Assembly (NCBI GenBank): GCA_030603275.1
Contig: JAUVYB010000008.1
Coordinates: 98 to 64,097 of the forward strand
Length of the DNA: 64,000 nucleotides
Direction: 5' to 3'
Origin: Deltaproteobacteria bacterium
GTDB lineage: Bacteria > Chloroflexota > Dehalococcoidia > Dehalococcoidales > BS750m-G39
Shown: one piece after another, positions 1 to 9,168 of the stretch
Position numbering within the stretch: position 1 is the stretch's first letter
How the letters are laid out: the number at the start of each line of letters is the position of its first letter
Translations under genes and position numbers: made by a program
The notes under the pieces: generated by a model
The model's database searches: none
Told to the model about the DNA's origin: nothing
The model's input: the letters and a program-made list of their open reading frames with translations, nothing else

Positions 1-269
1 AGGAAATCAACGCCTGGCTGCTCTTCGATTGCGGTCTGGTCGCCGAGAACATCATGCTCCTGGCTACCGACTACGGACTGGGCCCCGTGGCTCAGGCGCA
101 GGCGGTTCAATATCCCGATGTCTTGAGAAAGGCGCTGGGGATAGCGGACTCTAAGCTCATCGTGCTCGGCATCGCCATCGGCTATCCCGATGAAGAAGAC
201 CCCATAAATCAATTCCGCACGGAGAGGGAGACATTGGATAGTGTCGCTAAGTGGTACGGCTTCGACTAG
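1..269 (+). CDS. nitroreductase-family protein, C-terminal fragment (5' end outside window)
   Basis: Open frame from the window edge (frame of nt 3). The tail ...LLFDCGLVAENIMLLA...GIAIGYPDEE resembles the C-terminus of NADH/FMN nitroreductase-fold proteins. Confidence 0.55.
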   Translation, partial: EINAWLLFDCGLVAENIMLLATDYGLGPVAQAQAVQYPDVLRKALGIADSKLIVLGIAIGYPDEEDPINQFRTERETLDSVAKWYGFD

Positions 270-279
270 CGTCGAACGG

Positions 280-1449
280 CTACTTCGCCACCACCAGTTT
301 TCCCACCGCTTCCTCCAGCCCTCCCAGCGTTAGCGAGTACATGGGAAAGAGCTTCCCAATCATCTGGACCGTGGCGTGAATCCAGAAGCGCGGGTCGTCG
401 GGGTTGAGCCAGACGCAGTGGCTGAAGTGGTCCCTGATTCTTTTCAGCCATAGTATGCCCGGTATCTCGTTGCGCTCGTAGTAGTTGATGGCTCCGTAGC
501 GCTCGGTCAGCTCCCAGGGCCCCATTCGGGCGTCGCCGACCAGCAGCAGCTTGTAGTCGGGCTCCAGCGTGTGCAGCAGGTGGACGGTGCTTATGGCGTC
601 TTCCCGCTCGACATCTTTGTAAAGGTAGTCGTAGATGCAGTTGTGGAAGTAGTAGTACTGGAAGTCCTTAAAATGTGTGCTGGAGTGCGCCGCCGAGAAT
701 AGCTGGCTGCAGAGCATGGCGAAGGGCTCCATGGAGCCGCCGACATCCATTAACAAAAGCAGTTTAACCGTGTTCTTGCGGCTGCGCTGCCAGATAAAGT
801 CAAGGTCGCCAGCATTTTTAGCGGTAGCCTTGATTGTCCCCTCAAGGTCTAATTCGTCCTCAAGACCGGTGCGGCGCAGCTGCCTCAGCTTTTTAAGCGC
901 CATACCTATCTGGCGCACGTCCAGCGTCAGGTCGCTGCGGTAGTTCTTGAAGCGCCGCTCCTGGGCAATCTGTACGGCGTGTCTACCCCCCGGCTGCCCC
1001 CCGATTCTGATGCCCGCGGGATGGTAGCCGGAGTGCCCGAAGGGAGAGGTGCCCCCCCTCCCGATCCAGTGGCCGCCCCCGTCGTGCTGCCCGGTCTGCT
1101 CTTCGAGTCGCTTCTCCAGCTCCTTAATCAGCTCGTCGAAGTCCATGCTCTCGAACTTGGCTTGCTCCTCCTCGCTCAAGAAGAGGCGGCTGAGGGGGTC
1201 TTTGAGCCAGTCCAGCACCTGCTCGGTAATCTCCTCGGGGGCTTCCACCCCCTGGAAATACTGCTGGAAGGCGATGTCGTACTGGTCGTAGTAGGCTTCG
1301 CTCTTGACCAGTATGGCTCGGGCCAGGAAATAGAACTCATCTAAGTTCTTGATGTGCCCCTTGGCCAGGGCTTCCATGAGGGTCATCCACTCCACGAGGG
1401 AAACGGGGACCTTGTTTTGCCTTAGGATATAGAAAAAATCGGTAAACAT
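280..1449 (-). CDS. VWA domain protein (CoxE-like), partner of the MoxR ATPase
   Basis: 389 aa, N-terminus MFTDFFYILRQNKVPVSLVEW typical of CoxE/VWA_CoxE proteins. Abuts the upstream AAA+ gene. Confidence 0.75.
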   Translation of the reverse strand: MFTDFFYILRQNKVPVSLVEWMTLMEALAKGHIKNLDEFYFLARAILVKSEAYYDQYDIAFQQYFQGVEAPEEITEQVLDWLKDPLSRLFLSEEEQAKFESMDFDELIKELEKRLEEQTGQHDGGGHWIGRGGTSPFGHSGYHPAGIRIGGQPGGRHAVQIAQERRFKNYRSDLTLDVRQIGMALKKLRQLRRTGLEDELDLEGTIKATAKNAGDLDFIWQRSRKNTVKLLLLMDVGGSMEPFAMLCSQLFSAAHSSTHFKDFQYYYFHNCIYDYLYKDVEREDAISTVHLLHTLEPDYKLLLVGDARMGPWELTERYGAINYYERNEIPGILWLKRIRDHFSHCVWLNPDDPRFWIHATVQMIGKLFPMYSLTLGGLEEAVGKLVVAK

Positions 1450-1451
1450 GG

Positions 1452-2288
1452 CTACCAGCGCCGGGTGGCGAAGTTCCTGACGAAGAAGTCGTAGTCGTTC
1501 TCTTTTTTAAGCAGGGTGCCGACGAAAGGTACCTGCTTGGCGATATCCTCATGGGGGATACCGCCGGCTATGAGCGCCCGTATCCAGTCAAGCAGCTCGC
1601 TGGTGGAAGGTTTCTTGCGGAAATCGTCAACTTTTCTTAATGAATAAAAGGTCTTGAGGGCCTCACTGATCAGATTGTCCTTGATATCGGGGAAGTGCAC
1701 CCGCACGATTTCCTCCATCAGCTCCGGCGTCGGGAACTCGATGTAATGAAAGATACAGCGCCGCAGGAAGGCGTCGGGCAACTCTTTTTCGGCGTTGCTG
1801 GTGATGACGGTTATCGGCCGGTGGATGGCACTGATGGTCTCGTTGGTCTCGGGGATATAAAAGCTCATCTCATCCAGCTCGTTGAGCAGGTCGTTGGGAA
1901 ACTCGATGTCGGCCTTATCCACCTCGTCAATCAGTAAGACCACCTGCTCCGGGGCGATAAAGGCCTGCCCCAGCTTGCCCAGCTTGATGTACTGCTTGAT
2001 GTCGCCGACGTCCTTATCGCCGAAGCGGCTGTCGTTCAAGCGCTGCACGGTATCGTAAACGTAAAGCCCTTCCTGGGCCTTGGTGGTCGATTTCACGTTC
2101 CAGATTGTCAGCTTTTTCTCCAGCCCGCGGGCGATGCTGTGGGCCAGCAGCGTTTTTCCCGTCCCCGCCTCCCCCCTGATTAACAGCGGCCTGCCCAGGG
2201 CTATGGAAACATTAACCGCGTTTCTAATCGGTTCCGAGGTAACGTAATCCTCCGAGCCGCTAAATTGGGCAAAGTTATCCTTTTTCAC
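1452..2288 (-). CDS. MoxR-like AAA+ ATPase
   Basis: 278 aa with Walker A GEAGTGKT and Walker B LLIDEVDK. The size and the pairing with a VWA gene are typical of MoxR/CbbQ-type ATPases. Confidence 0.8.
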   Translation of the reverse strand: MKKDNFAQFSGSEDYVTSEPIRNAVNVSIALGRPLLIRGEAGTGKTLLAHSIARGLEKKLTIWNVKSTTKAQEGLYVYDTVQRLNDSRFGDKDVGDIKQYIKLGKLGQAFIAPEQVVLLIDEVDKADIEFPNDLLNELDEMSFYIPETNETISAIHRPITVITSNAEKELPDAFLRRCIFHYIEFPTPELMEEIVRVHFPDIKDNLISEALKTFYSLRKVDDFRKKPSTSELLDWIRALIAGGIPHEDIAKQVPFVGTLLKKENDYDFFVRNFATRRW

Positions 2289-2437
2289 TTATTTATCGCC
2301 TCCTGGAATAAAGATTCACCGCGGACGCTATATCTCGTCGCCGCTAAGGTTGCTTTAAAGGGGTTGTAATTATCCCTGTTATAATTGTTCCCGCTATAAT
2401 TATACCCGATAGTGAGAGTTGGAATCAAATTAGGAAT

Positions 2438-2467
2438 TTGACAACCCCCCTGAATCCGGCCTATAAT
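2438..2467 (+). promoter_or_regulatory. sigma-70-type promoter for marR-MMPL operon (TTGACA-18-TATAAT)
   Basis: Exact TTGACA at 2438-2443 and TATAAT at 2462-2467. AATATT...AATATT inverted hexamers lie in the leader at about 2485-2510. Confidence 0.6.
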
Positions 2468-2526
2468 AATTAGGTCTAACCGTAATATTGCCTTTTGGCG
2501 AAATATTATTGCAGAGGGAGCGTGAT

Positions 2527-2985
2527 ATGAAGCAGGGCGAGCAGGAGATGGTCAAACGAATCCAAAAGCTTTCGGGGGATATATTCAATGCTATGCCCTC
2601 CGATATTCCGGCGGAGTGGCTGAGTTTAGACCTGACCCTGGCCCAGCTGCGGGCGCTGTTGGTGCTCAAGGCTAAAGGCCCCAGCCGGATGAGCGCCATC
2701 GCCGCCGTGCTCGGCATCGCTCTGCCTACCGCCACCGGCATCGTTGATAATCTGGTCAGGAAAGAGTTGGCCGTGCGTGAGACTGACCCCCAGGACCGGC
2801 GGCTGGTCATCTGCGAACTGTCTACGCGGGGACAGGATTTGATAAACCGGCTCTGGACATCGGGTGAGTTCGGCATGGAACAGCTCCTTGAGGGGCTGAC
2901 ATCTGACCAGATGGAGAAGGCTGTCGATGTAGCCCAGATGCTCTTTGATAATTTATCCCGTAAAACGGGTGGAGAAGCAACTTGA
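2527..2985 (+). CDS. MarR family transcriptional regulator
   Basis: Winged-helix pattern LTLAQLRALLVL...MSAIAAVLGIALPTATGIVDNLVRKELAVRETDPQDRR. The ATG at 2527 has a GGGAG RBS. The track ORF starts at 2488 on a non-ATG codon. Confidence 0.85.
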   Translation: MKQGEQEMVKRIQKLSGDIFNAMPSDIPAEWLSLDLTLAQLRALLVLKAKGPSRMSAIAAVLGIALPTATGIVDNLVRKELAVRETDPQDRRLVICELSTRGQDLINRLWTSGEFGMEQLLEGLTSDQMEKAVDVAQMLFDNLSRKTGGEAT

Positions 2986-5408
2986 TAAAGCGGTTCTCGG
3001 CGGCACTGGCGCGGTTCATTAAGCGCTGGCCCTGGTTAATAATAGCGGTCGCCCTGTTACTCTCGGCGGCGGCGGTACCGGGCGTTACCATGCTGGAGAC
3101 GGAGACCGGTTTTGCCGCCTTAGTTTCACCCGATTCGAAGATAGCCCAGGACAACGCTCGCTACCAGGAGCAGTTCGGCGGGGAGCCGATTACCGTTCTG
3201 CTTACCGGGCAGCTTGACGATATATTCTCCACCCAAAACCTGGCCATCCTCTCCGATTTTGAACAGGAATTCTCCGGTGATGAGTGTTACCGTGCCATTA
3301 ACGGCCCGCTGACTATTTTACAGTTAGCCCAGCAGGAAACCGAACAGGCCATGCGGGCCTTTGAAGAGCAGCTTGCCCTGGCCCAGGAACAGGCGGCGGA
3401 GGCCAGAGCGGCGGCGGCGGCAATGGGGCTTGGCGAGGCGGAGCAGGAGATAGCCGCCGAACAAGCGCGGGCTGAGGTTCTGCAAAAGCTCCAGCCCCAG
3501 ATAGAGCAGCTGCAGCTCATTGGCGAACCCTCGCTGGACAACCCCGCCTTTATCGCCTCGGTCCTCTACGATGCCGAAGGCGCCGTCAGCCCGGTGATGC
3601 AATCTTTCGTTCCCGATATCGCCCATGCCCTCATCAGCGTTACCCCCCGGGGGAACATGAGCGACCAGGAATCCCTACAGGCGGTCATTGATATTGAAGC
3701 TTTCTTCTCCAGCTATCCCCTGGACGGGGTAGAGGTTACCGTAGTCTCGGATGCCAAGCTGGTGGACGCCATCAGTAACAGCATCGGCAATAATATAAAT
3801 GTCCTGCTGGCGCTGTCGGTGGCTGTTATGGTGCTTATCCTGGTATTCATGTTCCGGGTGCGCTGGCGGCTGCTCTCCCTGGGTATGGTAGGATTAAGCG
3901 CCCTGTGGACCTTCGGTCTGATGGGCTATCTGGGGGTGCCGCTCACTATGGCTACCATGGCGGCGCTGACGATACTGCTCGGTCTGGGAATAGATTTTTC
4001 CATACAGTTCCACAACCGTTATCAGGAAGAGGTTGCCAGGAGCGAGACCGTCGGTGAAGCCATGGTTACTTCAATCTCAAACATGTTTCCCACTATAGGC
4101 ATTGCCCTGCTGGCAACCATAATCGGCTTTATCACGCTGTACATATCCGAGGTGCCCATGATACGCCAGTTCGGCATGATGCTGGCTACCGGCATCGTCA
4201 TCAGCTATATCGTCGCCCTCTTTCTATTGCACAGCATCGTCTACCTGGGCGATAAGAAAATAGAAATTAAAAAGCTAAAAGAGGCGGCGTCAAAGGCAAG
4301 CGGCCGAATCGAGCGCATTTTACTGCGCCTGGGCAAGCTGGTGATTAACCATACCCTCTGGATTTTCATTGTGGCGGTGGCTTTCGCCGTTGGCGGTGGC
4401 ATTGTCGACCACTGGCTGCCCACCAATACCGACTATGAGGACTTGATGCCTCAGAGTACGCCGGCGCTGGTAGAGCTGAGGGAGATGCGCCAGATTGTCG
4501 GCATCGGGGGGACGGTACACCTCATGGTGGAGACCGGTGATGTCACCACCCCGGCGGTACTCAGCTGGTTGAAAGACTATGGGGATAACGCTCTATCGGC
4601 CCACCCCGAGATTATTTCGGCCAGCAGCCTGGCGACAGTGGTCAGCACCGCCGCCGGAGGGGTAATCCCCGCCCAGCCCCAGATCGATGCCATACTGGAA
4701 AGCATTCCCCAATCCTATCTGGCGCCGCTCCTCTCCGGCGACCGCAGTATGGCCGGCGTCTCGTTCAACATAGAGTACATACCCATGGAAGAGACCCATG
4801 ACCTTTTAGTGCTTTTACAGGAAGAGGCCAGCCCCCCGTCCGGGGTGAGCATTTCACCGGTGGGCAGTCTTGCCCTCGGGGCGAGCACGATGGATGCTTT
4901 AGTCGGCGCCAGGATGACCATGAATCTCATCTGCCTGGGAGCGATACTCCTGGTGCTTCTGGTGGTTTACCGTCGTCTGGGCAGCATCATCTTCACCATC
5001 ATACCGGTCGGGGCCGTCATTGCCTGGTCCTCGCTGGACATGTATCTCATCGGTATTCCCCTTAACCCGCTTACCGCCATTCTGGGTGTGCTTATCATCG
5101 GCATCTGTACCGAGTTCATGGTGCTGCTCATGGGGCGCTATGAGGAAGAGAAAAGGCGGGGAGTGCCCCCTAAAGAGGCCATGGTTACGGCCATCTCAAA
5201 GATAGGGCGGGCCATTGTCACCACCGCCCTGACCACCCTGGGGGGGTTCGGGGTGCTGATAGCCTCCAGCTTTGTCATGATCCGTGATTTCGGCATCGCC
5301 ACCGTGATCAGCGTTTTCCTCAGCCTGCTGATAACGATTACGGTAATGCCCGGGCTGATTGTCTGGTACGATGAGTGGCGGCAGAGGCGCCGCACCGGTA
5401 AGGCCTAG
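2982..5408 (+). CDS. MMPL/RND-superfamily membrane transporter
   Basis: 808 aa with two blocks of about 5-6 TM helices separated by large loops. It has an Ala/Gln/Glu coiled-coil-like insert and a 4-nt overlap with marR. Confidence 0.8.
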   Translation: MIKRFSAALARFIKRWPWLIIAVALLLSAAAVPGVTMLETETGFAALVSPDSKIAQDNARYQEQFGGEPITVLLTGQLDDIFSTQNLAILSDFEQEFSGDECYRAINGPLTILQLAQQETEQAMRAFEEQLALAQEQAAEARAAAAAMGLGEAEQEIAAEQARAEVLQKLQPQIEQLQLIGEPSLDNPAFIASVLYDAEGAVSPVMQSFVPDIAHALISVTPRGNMSDQESLQAVIDIEAFFSSYPLDGVEVTVVSDAKLVDAISNSIGNNINVLLALSVAVMVLILVFMFRVRWRLLSLGMVGLSALWTFGLMGYLGVPLTMATMAALTILLGLGIDFSIQFHNRYQEEVARSETVGEAMVTSISNMFPTIGIALLATIIGFITLYISEVPMIRQFGMMLATGIVISYIVALFLLHSIVYLGDKKIEIKKLKEAASKASGRIERILLRLGKLVINHTLWIFIVAVAFAVGGGIVDHWLPTNTDYEDLMPQSTPALVELREMRQIVGIGGTVHLMVETGDVTTPAVLSWLKDYGDNALSAHPEIISASSLATVVSTAAGGVIPAQPQIDAILESIPQSYLAPLLSGDRSMAGVSFNIEYIPMEETHDLLVLLQEEASPPSGVSISPVGSLALGASTMDALVGARMTMNLICLGAILLVLLVVYRRLGSIIFTIIPVGAVIAWSSLDMYLIGIPLNPLTAILGVLIIGICTEFMVLLMGRYEEEKRRGVPPKEAMVTAISKIGRAIVTTALTTLGGFGVLIASSFVMIRDFGIATVISVFLSLLITITVMPGLIVWYDEWRQRRRTGKA

Positions 5409-6328
5409 CCCCGCCCCGCCCCGATAAGCTCATTTATATCCTCAACCCCCTCTTTTTTCATGAACTCCTCTATTCCCTCCAGGATTTCAAGAGGTGAGTC
5501 GGGGTTGGTGAAGTTGGCCGTGCCCATCTGGACGGCGCTGGCTCCGGCCATGATGAACTCCAGGGCGTCGCTGGCGCTGGCGATACCGCCTATACCCACC
5601 ACCGGCACCTCCACGGCGCCGGCCACCTTGTAAACCAGGTACAGGGCCAGCGGCCTTATCGCCGGTCCGGAAAGCCCCCCGAAAATATTGCCCAGCAGCG
5701 GCCGGCGTTTACCAATGTCGATGACCATACCCTTGGGCGTATTAATCAGGGATATAGCATCGGCTCCGGCTTTAGCCACCGCCTCAGCCACCCCGGCGAT
5801 GTCGCCGGTGTTGGGGGTCAGCTTGACCATTACCGGCAGCGAGGTGGCTGCCTTAACCGCCGCCGTCACCTCGGCGGCGGGCTCCGGTCTGGTACCGAAC
5901 TCAGCCCCGCCGGCTTCTATATTGGGACAGCCGATGTTAACCTCAATACCGCCGATGCCGGTAGCCCCGTCCAGCATACCCGCCAGACGGGCGTACTCTT
6001 CGACTGTCTCCCCCACGATATTTACGATAACCGGCACCTGCCACCCCGCCCATACCGGCGCCTTTTCTTTGAGCACGGCTTCGATGCCGATATTCTGCAG
6101 CCCGATGGAATTAAGCACGCCGCAGGGTGTCTCCGCCAGCCTTGGCTGGGGATTGCCCTCCCTGGGTTTGAGGGTAGTCCCCTTGCAGACGATAGCCCCC
6201 AGCCTCTGGATATCAAAGGGGTGCTCGTACTCGGTGCCCCAGCCGAAGGTGCCCGATGCGGTCATTACCGGGTTGGCCAAAGTCAGGCCTTTTTTATTTT
6301 TCGGTGCCAGTTGGACCGATAGGTTCAT
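5405..6328 (-). CDS. pyrD: dihydroorotate dehydrogenase, class 1B catalytic subunit
   Basis: 307 aa with motifs MTASGTFG, NIGCPN and GIGGI typical of class-1 DHODH. Confidence 0.9.
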   Translation of the reverse strand: MNLSVQLAPKNKKGLTLANPVMTASGTFGWGTEYEHPFDIQRLGAIVCKGTTLKPREGNPQPRLAETPCGVLNSIGLQNIGIEAVLKEKAPVWAGWQVPVIVNIVGETVEEYARLAGMLDGATGIGGIEVNIGCPNIEAGGAEFGTRPEPAAEVTAAVKAATSLPVMVKLTPNTGDIAGVAEAVAKAGADAISLINTPKGMVIDIGKRRPLLGNIFGGLSGPAIRPLALYLVYKVAGAVEVPVVGIGGIASASDALEFIMAGASAVQMGTANFTNPDSPLEILEGIEEFMKKEGVEDINELIGAGRG

Positions 6329-6340
6329 TTTAGCTCCTCG

Positions 6341-7180
6341 TCACAGGCTGATACTGGTGCCGGCGATATTAAATAAAAAGCTGTCACCGAACTCCCGGGC
6401 CATTATGGCCGATGCCGCCAGCCCGGTGCAATGGCCGAAGCCCAGCTGTTGCACCCCCAGCTCTTTAAGGGCGGCGATGGTCAGCCATATCCGCTCCTCG
6501 GTGGCATTTATCAGGTGGCAGCCGCCGAAGACGGCCTGTATTGCTTTCACACCGGTCAGCTTCCGGGCGTGGTAGAGGGTGTTGATGACGCCGTGGTGGG
6601 CACAGCCCAGGATGACCACCAGCCCCGCCCCGGTGGTTATTATCAGCGCCTGGTCATCCAGCAGCTTATCCGGCTTAAAGCGGTCACCCTCCTTGACCAC
6701 CAGGTAGGGCTCTATCGTCTCGTACTCGGTGGTCATGGGAATCTCGCCGGTGGTCATTATATTATCGGTTATTTTCACCGGCTTCCGGCTTAAGCTAAAG
6801 TGGGCGCCCAGGCTCTCCAGCGTCTGGCGGTGGAAGGGTACGCCGATATATCTGGCCTCCTCCCCCTCAAGGCGGCCGTACTTGGCCGCCCAGATATCGG
6901 GGTGGGCGATTATCTCTATCTCCTTACCCATGCGGAGCAGTAGCTGCTTTAGCCCGCCGGTGTGGTCAAAGTGGCCGTGGCTTAAGACAATCTTATCAAC
7001 CCGTTTCAGGTCGATGCCCATCAGGTCGGCATTGTGGCTGGCGGAGAGGCTTTGCCCGGTGTCGAAGAGGATGTTTATCTCCTCGCTTTCCACCAGGATG
7101 CTTAAGCCCCACTCCGCCATAAGACCACCTAGGCCGGCGGTATTCTCGCTCAGGGTGGTGATTTGCAGCCCCATTTTCAT
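6341..7180 (-). CDS. MBL-fold metallo-hydrolase (COG1237-like)
   Basis: 279 aa with HGHFDHTGG metal-binding motif and N-terminus TTLSENTAG...EWGLSILVE as in the MBL superfamily II group. Confidence 0.75.
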   Translation of the reverse strand: MKMGLQITTLSENTAGLGGLMAEWGLSILVESEEINILFDTGQSLSASHNADLMGIDLKRVDKIVLSHGHFDHTGGLKQLLLRMGKEIEIIAHPDIWAAKYGRLEGEEARYIGVPFHRQTLESLGAHFSLSRKPVKITDNIMTTGEIPMTTEYETIEPYLVVKEGDRFKPDKLLDDQALIITTGAGLVVILGCAHHGVINTLYHARKLTGVKAIQAVFGGCHLINATEERIWLTIAALKELGVQQLGFGHCTGLAASAIMAREFGDSFLFNIAGTSISL

Positions 7181-7845
7181 TCTCCTCCGTGGTGGTGATT
7201 AGTATAGGCTATATCCTCCCGGCTAGCAACCCGTCTTATAAATAACAGGGGAAAGATGATATCGCTCAGGCAGCAGGGGAGCCAGACGGCCAGGAAGAGG
7301 AAGACGAAAATGAGGGGGAGCAGGGGGAGCCAGGCAGCCGTGCCGAAGGCGGTGAAGTAGAACAGCGAGGCCCAGGTGCTCAGTAACACATGCCCAAAGT
7401 GGGGGAACTTGGTGGTCTGCTTCCAGCAACCGAGGGCGATGCCAATCACCGCCGCCGAGTTTATCACCACCCACGTGGGCGCACCCAAATAAGGGAAGGC
7501 CTCCGTCTCCAGGAAGGGGGCGTGGAAGCCGAGGTCAATGTTCAGGGTGGCGCCTCCCAGGAAAGGGATGACGGCGTCGCTAAGGGTGGCGATACCCACC
7601 GAGCCCAGGTAGCCGATTAAAACCGCCGCCCAGAGCCTGCCCCGGCTGTACCTCCGGTAGAGGGCGGTGGTTACCAGGGCGCTCAAGACCACGTGTAGCG
7701 GGTGCAGGGTATAGAAAGCGGCTTCGGAGATATGGGCCGGTATCTGGGCAAAGATAATTATCAACATTATGGCGATGCCGGTAACGGCCCCGATGGCGGT
7801 GAAGGGGGCGTGCTCTTTAAGTTCGCTTAATATCCGTCTAAGCAT
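7177..7845 (-). CDS. polytopic membrane protein, possibly a Fur-controlled metal transporter
   Basis: About 6-7 predicted TM helices and a C-terminal His cluster (NHHHGGE). The ATG at 7845 overlaps the fur stop by 8 nt. The function is inferred only from linkage to fur. Confidence 0.45.
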   Translation of the reverse strand: MLRRILSELKEHAPFTAIGAVTGIAIMLIIIFAQIPAHISEAAFYTLHPLHVVLSALVTTALYRRYSRGRLWAAVLIGYLGSVGIATLSDAVIPFLGGATLNIDLGFHAPFLETEAFPYLGAPTWVVINSAAVIGIALGCWKQTTKFPHFGHVLLSTWASLFYFTAFGTAAWLPLLPLIFVFLFLAVWLPCCLSDIIFPLLFIRRVASREDIAYTNHHHGGE

Positions 7846-8269
7846 TTTGCCGGCACCTCTGGCACCGCCCGGTGAACTCAAGCAAGTGCCCTTCAATCTC
7901 AAACCCGGTCTCCCGGGTCAGCCTCTCTTCCAGGGGGGAGATGTCGTAGCCGCTAAAGTCAACCACCTCGCCGCAGCCGGAGCAGATAATGTGGTGGTGG
8001 TGCTCCGGGGTGCCGATGGTATAGCTGCGGCCGCTACCGCCGGCGTGCAGCTCACAGACAAGCTCTAAACTGCCCAGTATCTCCAGGGTGCGGTAGATAG
8101 TGGTCAGCCCGATATTGGGGTGTTCTTGATGCACCTTCCGGTAGAGCTCGGCGGGGGTAAGTTGACCGCGGCTGGCGGTAATGGCGCCGATGACTACCCG
8201 GCGCTGGGGGGTGAGCTTGTAGCCGTGCTGTCTCAAAGCGGCGGCTATTCTTTTCTCGGTAAGCCTCAT
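7838..8269 (-). CDS. fur: Fur-family metal-responsive repressor
   Basis: LTPQRRVVIGAI DNA-binding helix, HHHHIICSGCG and CQRC metal sites. The ATG at 8269 is preferred over the TTG at 8311. Confidence 0.85.
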   Translation of the reverse strand: MRLTEKRIAAALRQHGYKLTPQRRVVIGAITASRGQLTPAELYRKVHQEHPNIGLTTIYRTLEILGSLELVCELHAGGSGRSYTIGTPEHHHHIICSGCGEVVDFSGYDISPLEERLTRETGFEIEGHLLEFTGRCQRCRQNA

Positions 8270-8282
8270 TTCAATCTCTAAA

Positions 8283-8297
8283 TGAAAACGATTATCA
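8283..8297 (-). promoter_or_regulatory. Fur-box-like 7-1-7 operator (TGAAAAC-G-ATTATCA)
   Basis: Matches TGATAAT-N-ATTATCA at 12 of 14 arm positions. It lies between the predicted -10 and the fur start codon. Confidence 0.55.
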
Positions 8298-8302
8298 TTT
8301 AT

Positions 8303-8330
8303 ATAATACAAATATTAGCGGGTTTGTCAA
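8303..8330 (-). promoter_or_regulatory. sigma-70-type promoter of fur operon (TTGACA-16-TATTAT)
   Basis: The reverse complement of 8303-8330 reads TTGACAaacccgctaatatttgTATTAT. Confidence 0.5.
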
Positions 8331-8355
8331 TAGTTTTATAGGGGAGTTTTTTAAA

Positions 8356-8415
8356 CCCCACCCCGTTTTATATCTTTTCCCGCCCGCCGCCCTTAAAGGA
8401 AGGGCTAAAGCCCTT
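8356..8415 (+). repeat. family B repeat copy
   Basis: accccaccccgttttatatcttttcccgcccgccgcccttaaaggaagggctaaagccc is close to the copy at 35314-35376 and related to those at 10577 and 17878. Confidence 0.7.
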
Positions 8416-8462
8416 TTATCCCCCCACCAAAGAAGGTGGGATAAGCCCGATACAGGTTTTAC

Positions 8463-8495
8463 ACCCCAAAAAAACTTTGTTTTTCCGGGGGCCCC
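8463..8495 (+). repeat. family C A/T-run hairpin element
   Basis: accccaaaaaaactttgtttttccgggggcccc. Its reverse complement matches 24703-24735 at 31 of 33 positions, and a related copy is nested at 45410-45451. Confidence 0.7.
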
Positions 8496-8781
8496 GTATT
8501 TGCCCCCTTTTTAACTCCTCGTGATTTAACTTTAGCTCTCTCTTTTTGAATATACCCCTTGTAGGGCATTGACCAAACAAAATAATTGAGCTACACTTGG
8601 GTTATGGTATACTTCAGTACTTCGGGATTTAGCTATAGTGGTTGGGTAGGCAGGCGGTGGATACCATTAGCCAGTTGCGGGTGATGCTGGACTAAACTTT
8701 TTTGCCCGCTTACGGCTCTCTAAAAAATCATTGACTATAAGTGCTTACCTGCTAGCATAGGTAGACGGAGGTCAGGGAAAG

Positions 8782-9168
8782 ATGAAGAAGACGGATAAAA
8801 CGAATGCAACCTTCAATCTGCTGCGGGCTCGTCTGGAGGGCGAGCGCAAGCGGTCGACTGAAGAAATGAAGCAATTAAAAGCCACTGTGCGCCCGGCTGA
8901 CGAGCGGCGTGAGGGCAGCCCCTTCGGCAAGAGGGAGGAGGAGGCTACCGAGAGCTACGAGCTGGAGCGGCGGCTGACTCTGGAGAAGAACATCAGGGAG
9001 CAGCTGGCGGCGGTGGAGCACGCCCTGCAGAAGTTTGAAGACGGCACCTATGGCCTGTGTGATAGCTGCGGTGAGCCCATACCGCCGGAACGGCTGGAAG
9101 CCCTGCCTCAGGCCACTCTGTGCCTGGACTGTAAGGCGCGTCAGGCGAAGGATGCCAAAGGTAAATAA
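8782..9168 (+). CDS. DksA/TraR-family C4 zinc-finger protein
   Basis: 128 aa with CDSCGEPIP...LCLDCK four-Cys finger after a coiled-coil region. GGAGG RBS. Confidence 0.8.
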   Translation: MKKTDKTNATFNLLRARLEGERKRSTEEMKQLKATVRPADERREGSPFGKREEEATESYELERRLTLEKNIREQLAAVEHALQKFEDGTYGLCDSCGEPIPPERLEALPQATLCLDCKARQAKDAKGK

